From: Octopus bimaculoides
Lineage: Eukaryota
Length of the DNA stretch: 64,000 bases
Assembly (NCBI RefSeq): GCF_001194135.2
Contig: NC_068991.1
Coordinates: 72,030,065 to 72,094,064 of the forward strand
Direction of reading: 5' to 3'
The first letter of the stretch is position 1; the number at the start of each line of letters is the position of its first letter. The notes under the pieces were generated by a model that saw only the letters and a program-made list of their open reading frames with translations, did not search any database and was not told where the DNA came from. Both the position numbers and the translations under genes were made by a program. Positions 1-13,270 of the stretch are shown one piece after another.

Positions 1-1892
1 TACTTGTCTAGATGATGGCCTTTAATTAAGAGTCTGCTTGTCTGTGATCTCATCTGAATTGTCAAGTTATTTCATGTGTCATTACATTTATCAGGAGATA
101 AATGGAAATAGCATGCAAAAAAAAGAAAATATCCTTTTTTTGATTCTTTAAAATCAAAGAAATTTTGTCACAACAATATATATTTATTTTTGCTGTCTCT
201 TGCAAATGAAGTTTTTCAATTCTGCAAAACTTTTTTCAGAATTTGTCTTGAAACACTTCAGATTCATCGACCCCAAGAGCAAGAACCAAAATATTAATGC
301 ACTCCTTTACTGAAAACACATTCAAGAACCTTCATCAAAGCATCTGTGAACCTTAAGCTTATGTATTTATGTTGAGAGATGAGAGGAACACAAGATTCAC
401 CAACAGAACCAGTGGGTTGATTTGAAGTTCTTGATATTTTGTGGATGGAAAATGGCACCATACAAATTTTTAAATCCCAAACTGCTAAATAGAGTTCTGA
501 AGTATTTGGATTACAAGAATGTTTACCTGAAGAAAATGAAGCTTTAACAGAGGAATTTTTCGTATCAAAGTGTTTAAACAATTTCCTTGTACTTATCTTT
601 TCAACTTCACCTTAAATGAACATCTATGTTGTCATCTGGCTGCCCTTGAATCACACCTGATTGTCTCACAAAAGAAAAGACATAATGGGATGATATTATT
701 CTAGGTATACTATGTCCGAAAAGAAAACAAAATGATCCTGGAATGCTTTTGACCAGAGCTAACCTGAGGCTAAACAACAACAACAACAAACTTATTTGGT
801 TTTGTAGGCTCAATTTGATTGATTGATTATTCATTTACCGTTTTATTGAAGTTGGGGTATTTTGGTGAATTTGTCGATAAACCATACAAATACTCAACTG
901 TTAAATAAAGGCTATTATTTATCACAAACAGCTCTACTGAATAACCCACAGGCTGTTTCTCATGAATGACTCTGCTGGATAATCTATATACCGCGAAGAC
1001 TCATTTCATGAAATTTGGCTGAAACTGTACTCTAGTTGAGTACAAAAAGGCTTCCTTCAGAGAGAAATGTATTATTTTCTAGTGAAAAATACATTGAGAG
1101 CAATGATAGTGAGGAAAATGAATTCCTTGTTTTCACTCTTTCCAAAATAGTTCTTCAGCAGTTTTAGTGAACATCTCATCTCAGCCTCGAAACCTCAGAC
1201 TTGTCTTCTAACAGCAAATTTATTCCACTTGTGAAGTTTTTTTTTTACTTCACCAGTACAGACTATTGCTTGCATCTTATTGATTCACTCAGTCCTCTGG
1301 TAAGGATTGGATGTTTTCCTGATCTTAGGAGCTGGCTGTAAATGATTAACCAATCCAATACTGACCTAATCAAATATACAGCCTTTAGTAATTTCTTGTG
1401 TGGTATGGGTGTACGGATATGGAATTTGGTTTGTAGCCATGTTGTTTTGGGTTCCATCCCTCTGTGTGGTACCTCAGGTTGTGTCTTTCTACCATTGCCT
1501 TGTGTTAACCAATACCCCGTGGCTGAAAATCTGTAAATGGGAACCTATCTTTGTGAGTGCGTTCACCTTGATATTGCATTATGGTACATTTGTCCGCTGC
1601 TTGTGTAATCAATATATTCCATTGCTCTGGTTTTGTGTGAAGACTTGTAGAATATAAATATCTTACTTAAAAAATGGTGGAGGGCATTCAGCTTCAATAA
1701 GTCTCATCCAACTCATGCTAACATGGGGATATAAAAACAATGATGATGGATAAAATATGATTGGCAACATTAGTCATTTTTTTTTTTGGTAATTGATCAC
1801 AGCAGGAACCATGTAGCATTAAGGAGGTGGTTATGGTGAGTGACAGAATAATTGGGTATTAATAAAAGAATATTGTATGACTTTCTAATTTA

Positions 1893-2335
1893 CATTTGAC
1901 GGATATTTCTCCTCCTCTTTGTTGTTAACACAACATTTCAGTTGATATACCCTCCAGCCTTCATCAGGTGTCTTGGGGAAATTTTGAACCGGGTTCTCCT
2001 TCCTAAGGTATTTTTCAGTGTTATTATTATAATTATTCAGGTCACTGCCTGGAATCAAACTCGGAATCTTGGGGTTAGTAGCCTGTGCTCTTAATCACTA
2101 TGCCATATGCCTGTGGTTAAGAGTGCAGGCTACTAACCCCAAGATTCCGAGTTCAATTCCAGGCAGTGACTTGAATAATGATAATAATAATAATAATAAT
2201 AGCATCAAAAAATACCTTAGGAATGAGAACCCAGGTTCAAAATTTCCCCAAGACACCTGATGAAGGCTGGAGGGGTATATCAGCTGAAACGTTGTGTTAC
2301 CAACAAACAAGATGAGGACAAATATTCGTCAAATG
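1893..2335. mobile_element. Fold-back (head-to-head inverted) dimer of a tRNA-headed SINE-like element
   Basis: 1893-2098 is the reverse complement of 2113-2335; B-box GAGTTCAATTCC at 2149-2160; AAT tract; CTGATGA...GAAAC core at 2257-2290. Confidence 0.85.
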
Positions 2336-2670
2336 GAAATAATGTACATAATTCCTCATCTCTTAAATATAGAACTGAACTTTCTAATTAATACTCAATT
2401 ACTCAGGGTGGGAGCAAGTGATGTGTTGTAGCAAACTGATGAGGTGAATTGTATGTTATTTTGTGATAAAATTCTTCTCCTTAGCAATGGAAACTGTTTA
2501 TTACTTTTATTGTATTTTAGTTCAAATAACTTTCACAGTAATCTTATTAATGTTAGAGTCAAGCATCCTTTTTGTTGTTTTCCATTTTCTGTAAATGTAT
2601 CTGATGCTGACAAATAACTATTACCTCCCCTCTCCAAAAACAAAATCTTTTTAATGTGAAAATATTTTTT

Positions 2671-2880
2671 TCTACTCTAGGTACAAGGCCCGAAATTTTT
2701 GGGGAGGGGGCCAGTCGATTAGATCATCCTCAGTATGCAACTGATACTTAATTTATCGACCCTGAAAGGATGAAAGGCAAAGTTGACCTCGGTGGAATTT
2801 GAACTCAGAACGTAAAGACAGACAAAATACCGCTAAGCATTTTGCCTGGCATGCTGACGTTTATGCCAGCTCCCTACCTT
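2671..2880 (-). mobile_element. tRNA-derived SINE family A (GAGCTGGCAGAA...GAGTTCAAATTC...CATCCTTTCGGGGTCGATAAA)
   Basis: Same sequence recurs more than 15 times in the window; Pol III A/B-box-like head. Confidence 0.85.
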
Positions 2881-2900
2881 TTTAATATGAAAATATTAAT

Positions 2901-3033
2901 CAAGGTAGCAAACTGGCAGAATCGGTTGCATGCCAGACAAAATGCGGAGTTGAAATTCTGCCGAGGTTGACTTTGCCTTTCAGGGCTGATAAAATAAGTA
3001 CCAATTATGTACTGGGGTCGATGTAATTGACTT
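2901..3033 (+). mobile_element. SINE family A, internally deleted, head-to-head with the 2671-2880 copy
   Basis: Matches the family A head and body in opposite orientation. Confidence 0.75.
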
Positions 3034-3865
3034 TATGGCTTTGTGCCGTGATTTTGATGATTTGCAATGTGATTTTTTAAAAAGTGTTTTCAATTGTGTT
3101 TTTGCACTAACTTTAAAATGATTCCATTCTGTTGTAATGTTTCACCACTAATCAAGGTAAAAAAAAAAAGTCAAATATTAGATGTTATTTATATGAAAAA
3201 AATAATAAATTAAAAAACAAAAGACATTTATTGTGGTTAATTAAAAACTGTGATATTTCTAATGAGTAAACAAAAAACAAAACAAATTAATCTCATTTCC
3301 GTTTATAACTAAACTGTGAGCAATCCATTGCTGTTGACCAGAATGACAGAATCTATTTAGTTTGTATGAGACCTGTTCTCCTCAAAAGGAAATTAGATTT
3401 GGGAGGGTTAAAAAAATGAATTTAATATGAAACGGACCCTGAGTTCTGAAAAACTAGAAAAAAAGAGTATGTAGTATCATTAATGGCTCCCTAAAGAAAA
3501 ATTCTGTTTTAATAAATATATTGAAATATAACAGGATGTATATACCACTCATGGGTAATGGTGCTTCATATTTTTACATCAAATATATAGCAAATTCAAT
3601 ATCGGATATGCTAATAATATTTGTCCTCCCCATTTTAATAATGCTTGTCAAATCAAATAAATAAAACCAATGCAATTAAATTAATGGGTTCTAAGCTTTG
3701 GCACTAAACTTGTCAAAGGTTTGAGAAATTTGAAATTTACACCTAGCATGTTAAATCAACATCATTTGGGCTTCAGGCTGGTTTTTAAAAATTTATTTCA
3801 TTTCTTAATTGTATTACTTTGTTCCCAAACTAAGTCTTATAATTGTTTTTCTTCTTTTCTTTTAG

Positions 3866-3927
3866 AAAGTGAACGAGTCACCAGTGCCACAGTCCCAGAA
3901 GATCCCCTTCCCAAAGTCGAACTATGA
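3866..3927 (+). CDS. Terminal coding exon of an unidentified convergent gene: (E)SERVTSATVPEDPLPKVEL*, KDEL-like ER-retention end
   Basis: Strong acceptor ttgtttttcttcttttcttttag (AG 3864-3865), phase 1; TGA TAG double stop; locally GC-richer; poly(A) signals follow. Confidence 0.7.
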
Positions 3928-3990
3928 TAGAGAATATCAACTTGGCTGGCAAAACAAAAACTAAAACAAAACAAAAAAAATTAAATTTTC

Positions 3991-4017
3991 AATAAATAAT
4001 TTTTATACTAAAATAAA
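3991..4017 (+). terminator. Candidate poly(A) signals (AATAAA at 3991 and 4012) for the KVEL-ending gene
   Basis: Two AATAAA hexamers 64-90 nt after the stop; the context is A-rich, so chance occurrence is possible. Confidence 0.4.
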
Positions 4018-4609
4018 AACAAATTTAAAAAAAAAATCAACAACTAAAACTCCTTTTCTGAAAGATTAAAACCAAAGAATGTTCCTAGCTTTTGATCAAC
4101 AACCACGATCTTATTTGTGGGACACAGTTTGTTTTTTATACTTTGATCTTTGAGATTTTCAATTATTCAATTCCAAGTGAGTTACGAAAGCCTCTGTTGG
4201 TCATCTGTCTTGCATCTCTATACCTGGATAAAGGCCTGTTGTTATTATTATGTTTAGAAGACTGGCATTTTCCCATATGTGCAAGTTTATCCTCTCCATG
4301 GCACTGATGTTGTTGAAGGGAAAGGCCACAGCTCGGGCCAGTGTCATTGCATCTGTTGCTGTTAAAATACAAAAGGGCAGAACAGACAAACTGCAAGGCA
4401 TCCTGTTGGTCACTCCAATATTTCCGTCTATCCACCATCTTTGATTGGTACTTTTTTGTCAACTCTGAAATAATAAACTGGCTTTGACAGGGTTTGAATT
4501 CAAAGCACATACAGTTGGGTGAAACAACTGCCATAAGACATGTCTGTCAATGCTAGCAACTTTCAGTTTGCTTCCTTTTCTTTCTGCTCATAGAATTTCA
4601 AGATATTGG

Positions 4610-4808
4610 TTTCAAATTTTGCACAAGGCCTGCAAATTCGGGAGAGGCGCGGGGGATGGTCAATTACATCAACACCCCACCCCACCCCCAGTACTCAACT
4701 GGGACTTATTTTACCGATCCCGAAAAGGATAAAAAGCAAAGTTGAACTCAGAACAAAGACGCTGAGCATTTTTGTCCTTCGTGCTAACGATTCTGCCAGC
4801 TCGCCGCA
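4610..4808 (-). mobile_element. SINE family A
   Basis: ccgaaaaggataaaaagcaaagttgaactcagaac...ctgccagctcgcc. Confidence 0.8.
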
Positions 4809-4979
4809 TACGTATAAACATCCTAAGTAAATATCTGATAAGTATTCATCGGATTAAATGAGATTAATCTTTAAAACATAGAAACTCCAATACTGATTCG
4901 CTTTCACCCACAAAAGGGGAGATTACTCTTCATACACCAAAGAGCGCCATTTTTTCTTAGTCACAATTGTTTGATTACG

Positions 4980-5110
4980 AAGTTAGCTTCACAACCATCT
5001 ATGTTCAGGTTCAATCCCACTGCATGGCACCCTGAGCAAATGTCCTTTATTACAGTCTCGGGCCATCATCATATGTGCAAGTGAAATTGGTATATGGAAC
5101 CCGAAAAGAA
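4980..5110 (+). mobile_element. tRNA-derived SINE family C (GGTTCAGTCCCACTG...CCTTGGGCAAGTGTC, CORE-like)
   Basis: Recurs at about 12400, 17830, 25380, 29750, 33000, 38430, 45010, 59673, 59898, 60272, 61810 and 62220. Confidence 0.7.
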
Positions 5111-5854
5111 GCTTTTATATTCTTTCATTGTACGTTCGTCTTTTCCATGATAGCATGGATCAGGTTTATATATTACTGAATCGTTATTTTTACAGCCAGA
5201 TGCATCTTTGGGAACTCTTCCCTGATTTTCGAATAAGATCTCTTTGAAGACGTAAAGCGAACGGACGATTTGTAGACAGAAGTCACAACAACATCACTCG
5301 TAACTTTCACAGGGCGCAAATGTAAACAAACACTTCTTTTTTTGAAGTTTTGTCAACCAAGTTCACTCACAAGCTTTGGTTGACCCAGGGTTGTAGGAGA
5401 CACTTGCCCAAAGTGCCATGCAGCGGCACTGAATTCAAAATCCGCTGAGGTCAACATTGGCGTCGTTAAAATAAGTCGTATTCGACTTGCCCCTTCCCTC
5501 AAAATTGCCAGCCTAGTATCATAATCAGAACAAAAACATTACTCAAAGAGGAGAGAGAGATGTTTCGGTTTGCATTTTCCAGTAAAACTTTCGATATGGA
5601 GGGACCAGCTGAATGAGAAAAAGATACTTTCTTTAGAAAACAGGTTTAATGTTGGTGACAAGAGCATCTGGTTGTAGAAAATCTGTTTTGACAAGTTTCA
5701 TCCAACTCATGCCAGCATGGAAAAATGAATGTAAAACAGAACTAATGAATGATAACCTGTTTATATTAGTGACCTGTAGGGATAACATTTCTTTATGAAA
5801 CAATAATATATTACCATATATATCAAATGTTTTTATAAATCAATACTGTGTTCT

Positions 5855-6045
5855 ATCATCGTTTAACGTCCGCTTTCCATGCTAGCATGGGTTGGACGAT
5901 TTGACTGAGGAATGGTGAACCAGAAAGCTGCACCAGGCTCCAATCTGATCTGGCAGAGTTTCTAAAACTGGATGCCCTTCCTAACGCCAACCACTCCGAG
6001 AGTGTAGTGGGTGCTTTTTACATGCCACCAGCACAGGAGCCAGTC
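5855..6045 (-). mobile_element. SINE family B (TGGTTGGCGTTAGGAAGGGCATCCAGC body, ACGTTAAACGATGATG tail)
   Basis: Near-identical copies at 40130, 57905, 62966 and 63667; (GAT)n tail resembles RTE-type 3' ends. Confidence 0.85.
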
Positions 6046-7913
6046 AGTTATATATATAAGCACAAATAAAGGTTACAAACCTCATTCAGAGATAGCAAAA
6101 TCCTTTGAAAGTACTGGTTATTTACTGCTACAAAGAATGTTGGACATTACAGTTAATACACAACTGCAAGGTAACTATATAAACCGTGGTTTATACATAT
6201 TTGTATTTTATGTATATTTAGTATTAACTGTAATGTCAAATACACTTTGTTGAGAAGACTCCTCTGTTGATGCCAGTCCATCACAGGGTTAACCCCTCCA
6301 GCTGCCTTGGGTAGTTTTTGGCAGATTGGATTGAGGCAATGTGAAATGAAGTGTCGTGTACAAAGACAGAACAGGATGCCTGGTTCAAAAATCAAACTCT
6401 CAACATTATGACTGTTTAACAAAAGAGAGATGAAAATAACACAGCACAAAACAGAAAATCAGTCAAATTGATTCAGATTTATTGACATTAAAACCATGTG
6501 TGTGTGTACGCGCGCACACACACACGACAGAAGAAAAAAAAAAATAGTAACCAAAGAATGGTAGCAGATAACTATTAATGGAAATAACTGAATATTTGAC
6601 TAATTGCAAAAGGAAGAGAGGGTGGGGTGTTGATTGTAAATGTAGTCCAGACAATTGGACAACTGACAAAAGGTGCCAATTCTTGGCTAATAATTTCGAA
6701 TTAATGCAAAAGTTTGAGAAAGTTACAAATACTAGCAACGAAAGATTGAAAATGAAAATATTTTAGAGTTATATTAAATGGAGGCAAGCTGCACATCACT
6801 GATTTTCATAAAAACTGATGCTTTTAGCCATAAAATATGGTTTAAAATGGTCGTATTTCTTAAAAGCCACTTCACAATTTCACAGAAATCAGAAAATATA
6901 TGGATAGGAATCATTGCCATAAGAAGTTAGAAAGATTTCTTCAGAGACTTTGAAGAAATGCGACTGAAAAACACAAGTGGAGAGAACACTTTGTTCATCC
7001 TTCATGCTGTAATTTACCCGTTTAACAGAAGTCTGTCTCCAGCTTACAGACTCATTATGCCAGAGATTACCCAAGTTTCCAGACTGTGGAAAGTACATAA
7101 TCTTGCATAATGTTTTTCCTTTTTAATATATTTATGTCGTGGTGAAATTTGGAAGGGTTAGTTTTTCAAGAAGAAACACACACAATGGTTCTATTGAACT
7201 ATTATTATTCTATTTGTTTAACCAATTTACCAAATTAACTGGTTGCTTAATCAATCAATCAATCAACTGATTTGTCATATTTTCATCATCGTTTGCCATG
7301 GCATCAACGACATACCTACCCCAAAATTTGTCTCATTAACTCCTTTGCTTTCATTTTTCTTAATTTAAAAATTTTTTTGAGGGAAATACATGTTCATTTT
7401 CAAAAATTTATTACGTAGTAATACAAAATATACTTACTACTCAATATAAGATATATGTAATAGTAGTTTTATTACACAAAACATAGAAATAATATCAATA
7501 GCTAGTAACCATAAGGTTTAGATAACAAGTTTTTCTTTCTGTTTGATAAACTGATTGCATACACAATAAAAGAAAGGTTGGAGAAATGCTTTACATGTTA
7601 TAACAAATATTTAGGTTGTTAGAATTGCACAAAAGTTTCGATAGAAATATCAAATTAATTATTAAGATAATTGTCAAAATAGCTATGTATACAACACTTC
7701 CATCCCAGTGGGTTTTAATCCTAACTTTTCAAAGATCAACAAATTCATTGTTGTTCATAAAATTTCAGAATCTGTCCAAGAGAAATTTGGTATTTCCTTG
7801 ATTAAGAGACAAAGATGCATTTCTCTGCGATTATTGCAGAAGGAACAATTTGTTCTTTGGATGAGTAATTTTTTTTTTTTATTTCATTTATTTCAACACA
7901 TATAATAATATTG

Positions 7914-8130
7914 ATTTCAAATTTTGGCACAATGCCAGCAATTTTGGAGGATGGGGTAAGCCCATTACATTGACCACCTCCCCAGTACACAACTGGTACT
8001 TATTTTATCAACCCCGAAAGGATGAAAGGCACAGCTGACTTTGACATAATTTGAACTCAGAACACGAAGATGGACAAATTAATAAGCATTTCATCAGGAA
8101 TGCTAATGATTCTGCCAGCGCGCCACCTTG
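7914..8130 (-). mobile_element. SINE family A
   Basis: Matches the family A consensus seen elsewhere. Confidence 0.8.
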
Positions 8131-9471
8131 GTAAGAAATATTAAGAGTTATATGCATACAATAATATTGATTGGCTGGCAATATCAGACATATTTATACA
8201 CACAGAATCAAACATTTCCCCCACTACAAAGCCACATAAAAATATCAAGTGTATTCTCAAGCATGCTAATTTTTTTCCATTTTCTTTTTTTAATACAAAA
8301 TATATTTGGAAAATAGAGGTGCATCTTTTACGCCAGCAGATACAGTAAATCAATATGTGCAACATTTTAATCTTCAGAATCAGATCACTCTCTTCATTAT
8401 ACAACACTTAGTAGTCACAACCCTGGTTACTTAGATCTTTTTGTATAATTTGTTTTATAAATTTAGATACTAAGATCATCAATAAATCAATAATTATATA
8501 TTACAACTTAATAATTGAATAATTCTGAAAGTATCACACCTACATTTCCCTTCAATTGTTTTTTATCTCTGCTGTTTCATTTATCATCAGATGAATTTCT
8601 AAACTGCAAATAATTGCTAATTATAATATATATATATTAATGAATCTTTTCTTTGTACAGAAATATATATTGAAGATAAATATGCTCATTTAATGTATAT
8701 GTTTTTGCATCGTAATTCTTTTCTTCTTCTTATTATTATAACCAAAAGGATCGATTCTTGAGGAGTCTACATACCTTCACAGTCGTTTTTTCTGCTATTT
8801 TGGTGATGATTTTTTGAGTTAGCTTACCAATTATTTTTGTTGGTAGTTAATTTATAATATATTGATATATATATATATTACAAAATCAATTTCCATACTA
8901 TTTTAAGAAAATCTATTATAATATTTTGTTTGAATTTATAAAATAAATAAGTAAATAAACAAAGGCTAATAGTAATAAAAGTGGGTGATGGAGTGACTAA
9001 ATTTGCACCGAAGAGAAATCATGGAATAGCAAAATATACAAGGGAGATAACTATAACTCCATTCAATACTGACGGGAGATTTTGGCTGAAAGAAAAATCT
9101 GGGGAGATTTCAGAAATTCTCTTGTCGGCTCCATAGTAAAATGATATTAAAAAAAGAGGGAAAAATAGGTGGAGGTAATGTTCGAGACAGTAGTGTGGGT
9201 AAAATATTTTAAATAATATAAACTAAACTGATGAAATTAAATTTCGTTTTAAACTCTTTAACAGTTAAGTTTAAAAAAAAAAGCATTCACCAATGGAAGT
9301 AGAGTGTAATTTTAACAGATTGCTTAATTAATATCTACTTCTGAATAATTAGGTTGTGTGTTGATTATTAAGGTTCCACTAAATGAAGAGGAAAGAAAGA
9401 TATGAAAAACATATAGCAATATTTCAAAGGAAAACAAAAACAAACAAAAAGCTTATATAGCTTCAGATAAT

Positions 9472-9617
9472 ATTGGTTTCATATTTTGGCACAAGGCCAG
9501 CAATGTTGAGGATGAAAAGCAAAGTTGACCTTGGCGGAATTTGAACTCGGAACATAGGGACAAATGAAATGCGTCTCAGCATATGGCTTGGCTTGTTAAT
9601 AGTTCTGCCACTTTGCC
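9472..9617 (-). mobile_element. SINE family A, internally deleted
   Basis: gcaaagttgaccttggcggaatttgaactcggaac. Confidence 0.75.
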
Positions 9618-9849
9618 GTCTTATAGCTTCAGATAACAGAAAATAAAAATCAAAATATGAACTTTTGTATTTTCGTGACAAAAATACTAGTAATCTATCA
9701 ACAACGAGGCTGTCTTTGGGAATTGAAAAGTAGTGGTTCGCACTTTCTGTGTGCAAAGACAAGAAGGATTTTAATTAACATAATCAGCTACAATTAATTA
9801 AATGAAGTTTAAAAAAAAAAAAAAAAAGACATAGATTGATAAAATACCA

Positions 9850-11053
9850 TTTATTGCTCAGCTAACTTTTGTTTCATCTTTTTTTTGTAAAGCCCATCCA
9901 TTAAAATGTGTAGAGTTTTAGGATAACAGTGTGAAGGAGTTTTGCAGAATAATTAATTATATTGCAGTTCAAGGTTTTTTTTTTTTCTTTCTTTCTTGTT
10001 TGTTTGTTTCCAACAATTACTCTTATATCATTAATCTCAACCATTGTAGAATAATCTGCTTTGCTAGGAGATTTAGACTTCCAGTATTGCAATCTAACTT
10101 GTATTAATTTCTATGGCAATTAATCTGTAAATTGTACCTTCATCATCATCATCTGTATTAGCAAGACAGTTAAGCTACTTCTGTATATAATCTGTATTAC
10201 TAACATAACAAAAATGAAAATGGAGAAATTTTTAACAACTTTATTGCTATATATATATAGATATATAGCAATATAGATATATCATACACGCATTCACATG
10301 CACGCATACATATATGCATAAATATATATATATACATATATATATATAGACACACACAAACATATATATACATACATGCATATATATACACACACACGCA
10401 CTTATATATATCTATGTAAACTTACATGTATACATACAGACAAGCATACACAGATATATGCAAACTTATATATACACATACACACACATGCATACATACA
10501 TATAAAATTCTGTTTAATATTCCCCTACCCCCTTGAACAATGTATACCATGTAGAAGTTTACTGTAGTTGGACTGTTTGGACTAAATGTAGTGACCTTTC
10601 TGCCAATAATCTAATAGGAAACCATCAATAACTGATTGAAGGTGAAATCAATTCTAAATTGGTTTACAATTCATAGGGATTACATCTTGAACTCTGTTCA
10701 ATGTCGTACAAACCAATTTGATTATCATTAAAAACAGACTCAGTGGGAATATTGAACATAAGGTCCAATACTGGACTAAAGTCACAAGGAATCTGTCACT
10801 TTTTGACTGTGTTGATGTGTGAGTGTGTGTGTGTGTGTGTGTGAAAAGTTAAGCTATAGATATGGTTGTTGCACAATAAATCTTCAGACAAGGGAAGCTA
10901 TAATTGGTACCATGAGAAGGATTATACAGATATTCAATGTTAATGTGTAATTTTTTTTTTTTTTTTCCAGTTTTGATATTATACTCCAGGTCAGGGCAAA
11001 AAAGGTCTTGTGTGATAATAAAAGGGCTATATTAGCGTATTATCTAAGTGTTT
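9850..11053 (-). other. PACSIN: Probable PACSIN 3' UTR to the poly(A) signal
   Basis: Follows the TGA. AATAAA on the minus strand at 9850-9855 with a U-rich run about 25-40 nt downstream (A-run 9811-9827 on plus). No SINE recognised in this stretch. Confidence 0.5.
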
Positions 11054-11170
<117 letters not shown>

Positions 11171-12749
11171 TTAAAATGAGAAAGATTAGTTTGGAGACAG
11201 ACATTTAAAAACAAACCCTAACACACCTTGTGTTATAATTTTCATAAATATGTATTTCTTTAAATATCTATAGAATACATACATAGACAGACACACATAT
11301 ACAGTTTCTCTCTCTCTCTCTCTCTCTCTCTTGCGACAGACACACAGCTGAGATATTTGATATTTCTATTAAAAGTAAAATTACAGATTTAAAATAGAAT
11401 TAAATTATATAGAAAATAATTTAAAGAAAAAAAAAAAAAGTTAAAAAAAAAAAACTAGTAATTTAACTGTGGCTGTGAAGTTACTTGAAAATTTATACAT
11501 TTTTTTTCTTTCTAATTTATTTTTGAAAAGCTACAAGTAGATTTAATTAATTAAGAGCTAGTGAAAATTACATAATGTCAGTAATCAAATTAAGAAAAAG
11601 GAAATAACTAAGGTTTTAAAGAGAAGATTGGAAGACATGCGTAAACTGGTGGGTCAATAACTGCATGCTTCAAAACTCCAATCCAGACCAGTTTGTCATC
11701 TAGTAATGTAAAGTATTAAGAAAAAATAAAAAGTGGTATTATTTTATATGAGGGAGGTAAAAAAAAAAATGCCACAATATAAATGATGGATTTTTAACTA
11801 ATGAATGAGTAGGTTGAAAAGACACTGAAACAATAAATAGGTGATGAAGAAGGAAAATGATATATTTTAGTGCTGGGTTTCAGTGAAAGGAAGCTACATT
11901 GCAAATTAGGCAAGGTTTTGAGGTATCAGGAAAGTAGATGAGAAAGAATGTCCTGTAGCTTCATATTCAGCAACTGTAATATCTCAATTCTAGATTCTAA
12001 GGCTTTGTTCTGTTATAACCAAATATGGTGTGAAGAGATACAAACAAGAAGGAAAATATAATCTGTCTTCTCCCAGACAGTTTTTTACTTTTAAGTCACC
12101 CACAGTTCAAAAGCTTAAAACTCTAGTAGGGTTATCCAAAACCCCTTCTAATCACTGAAGTAATGATTTACTAGAGTATCGTATACAATAACTGAAGAAT
12201 ATAAGTTCTGTCTATTCCATGAGAACAATTTAGCATTACCGTAGCAGCATCACACTGCATCATTCTGTGATTTAAATTTCCAGCTTTCTGCTTTCTATCT
12301 AAATATTTCCTGTTTTATAAAATATCAACCACAGAAGAAAACAAAAACAACAAAACCCGTCAAAGTTTTGTAAATAAACGCAAGCATCACTGAGTGGTCA
12401 AGAAGTTTGTTTTGCAACTATGTGATTTCAGGTTCAATCTCAATGCATAGTACACTGAGCAGTTTCATTCTACCATGGCTTTGGGTAGGTAAGTCTGGGA
12501 GATGGAAACTGTGTGGATGTCCAGTGGAACAAATCCTGTCTTTGAGTGGGAGACAGCATCTGTTGTTGTGTTTCAACATGACCAGCTGAATCTTTGGTGC
12601 TTTTAGCAGAATCCACACTGTTATAAGAATTCAAACTAGATCTCTGGTCAGAGAATAACTCTGTCCTTCCCTTGCATCAGTCAGAGGCCATACAGGAATT
12701 CATGGTCATTGCCCTTCAGACCAAAAAATAAAATAAAGAGTGAAACAAG

Positions 12750-13270
12750 GGGTTAGTAGAGAAGCAGTATATAGCAGGGCATTACAGACACAAAACTGCA
12801 TTCTTTGCAGCAAACATTTTGACATTCTAGGCTTAACTGAAAGCTAATCAGATGGCTATTTACTTCAGAAAGTGACTGAAAGGTTTCGTTGCTAAGTTAG
12901 TAAATTGAAACTGGTTTGAGAACAACAAAGCACTCACAACATTTCTTCAACAAGGAAGAATGCAAATGAACAAATTAAGACTGGTGAAATAGAACACACA
13001 GAATTTTCCTAAGGATTTAGACTGGATATGGGCAATCTTTTTTGAAAAGCAGGCCACTTGAGACATAGCACCATCATCAAACAGGCTGCATTACTAAATA
13101 AAGCTGAAGGTAATTTTTATTAGGCAGAACAATCAGAAAGTTCTGCTGCCTGCAGTTTGGCCATGACTGATTCAGACACTGAATAAACATGAAATATGGA
13201 TATTGAGAAAGCTTTCAAATACTGATACAACCTACTTACTGGTGTTAAGCGAAGAATTAGAAATGCAAAA
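12750..13270 (+). mobile_element. Decayed LINE endonuclease-region fragment (RTE-like)
   Basis: Frameshifted remnants resembling DILGLTE and WF-N--L-TTFFQQ; many stops. Confidence 0.45.

Noticed and set aside
4092-4534. Overlapping 60-120-aa ORFs in a GC-richer patch
   Set aside because: No recognisable protein motif or splice structure; likely an old repeat remnant that I cannot classify.
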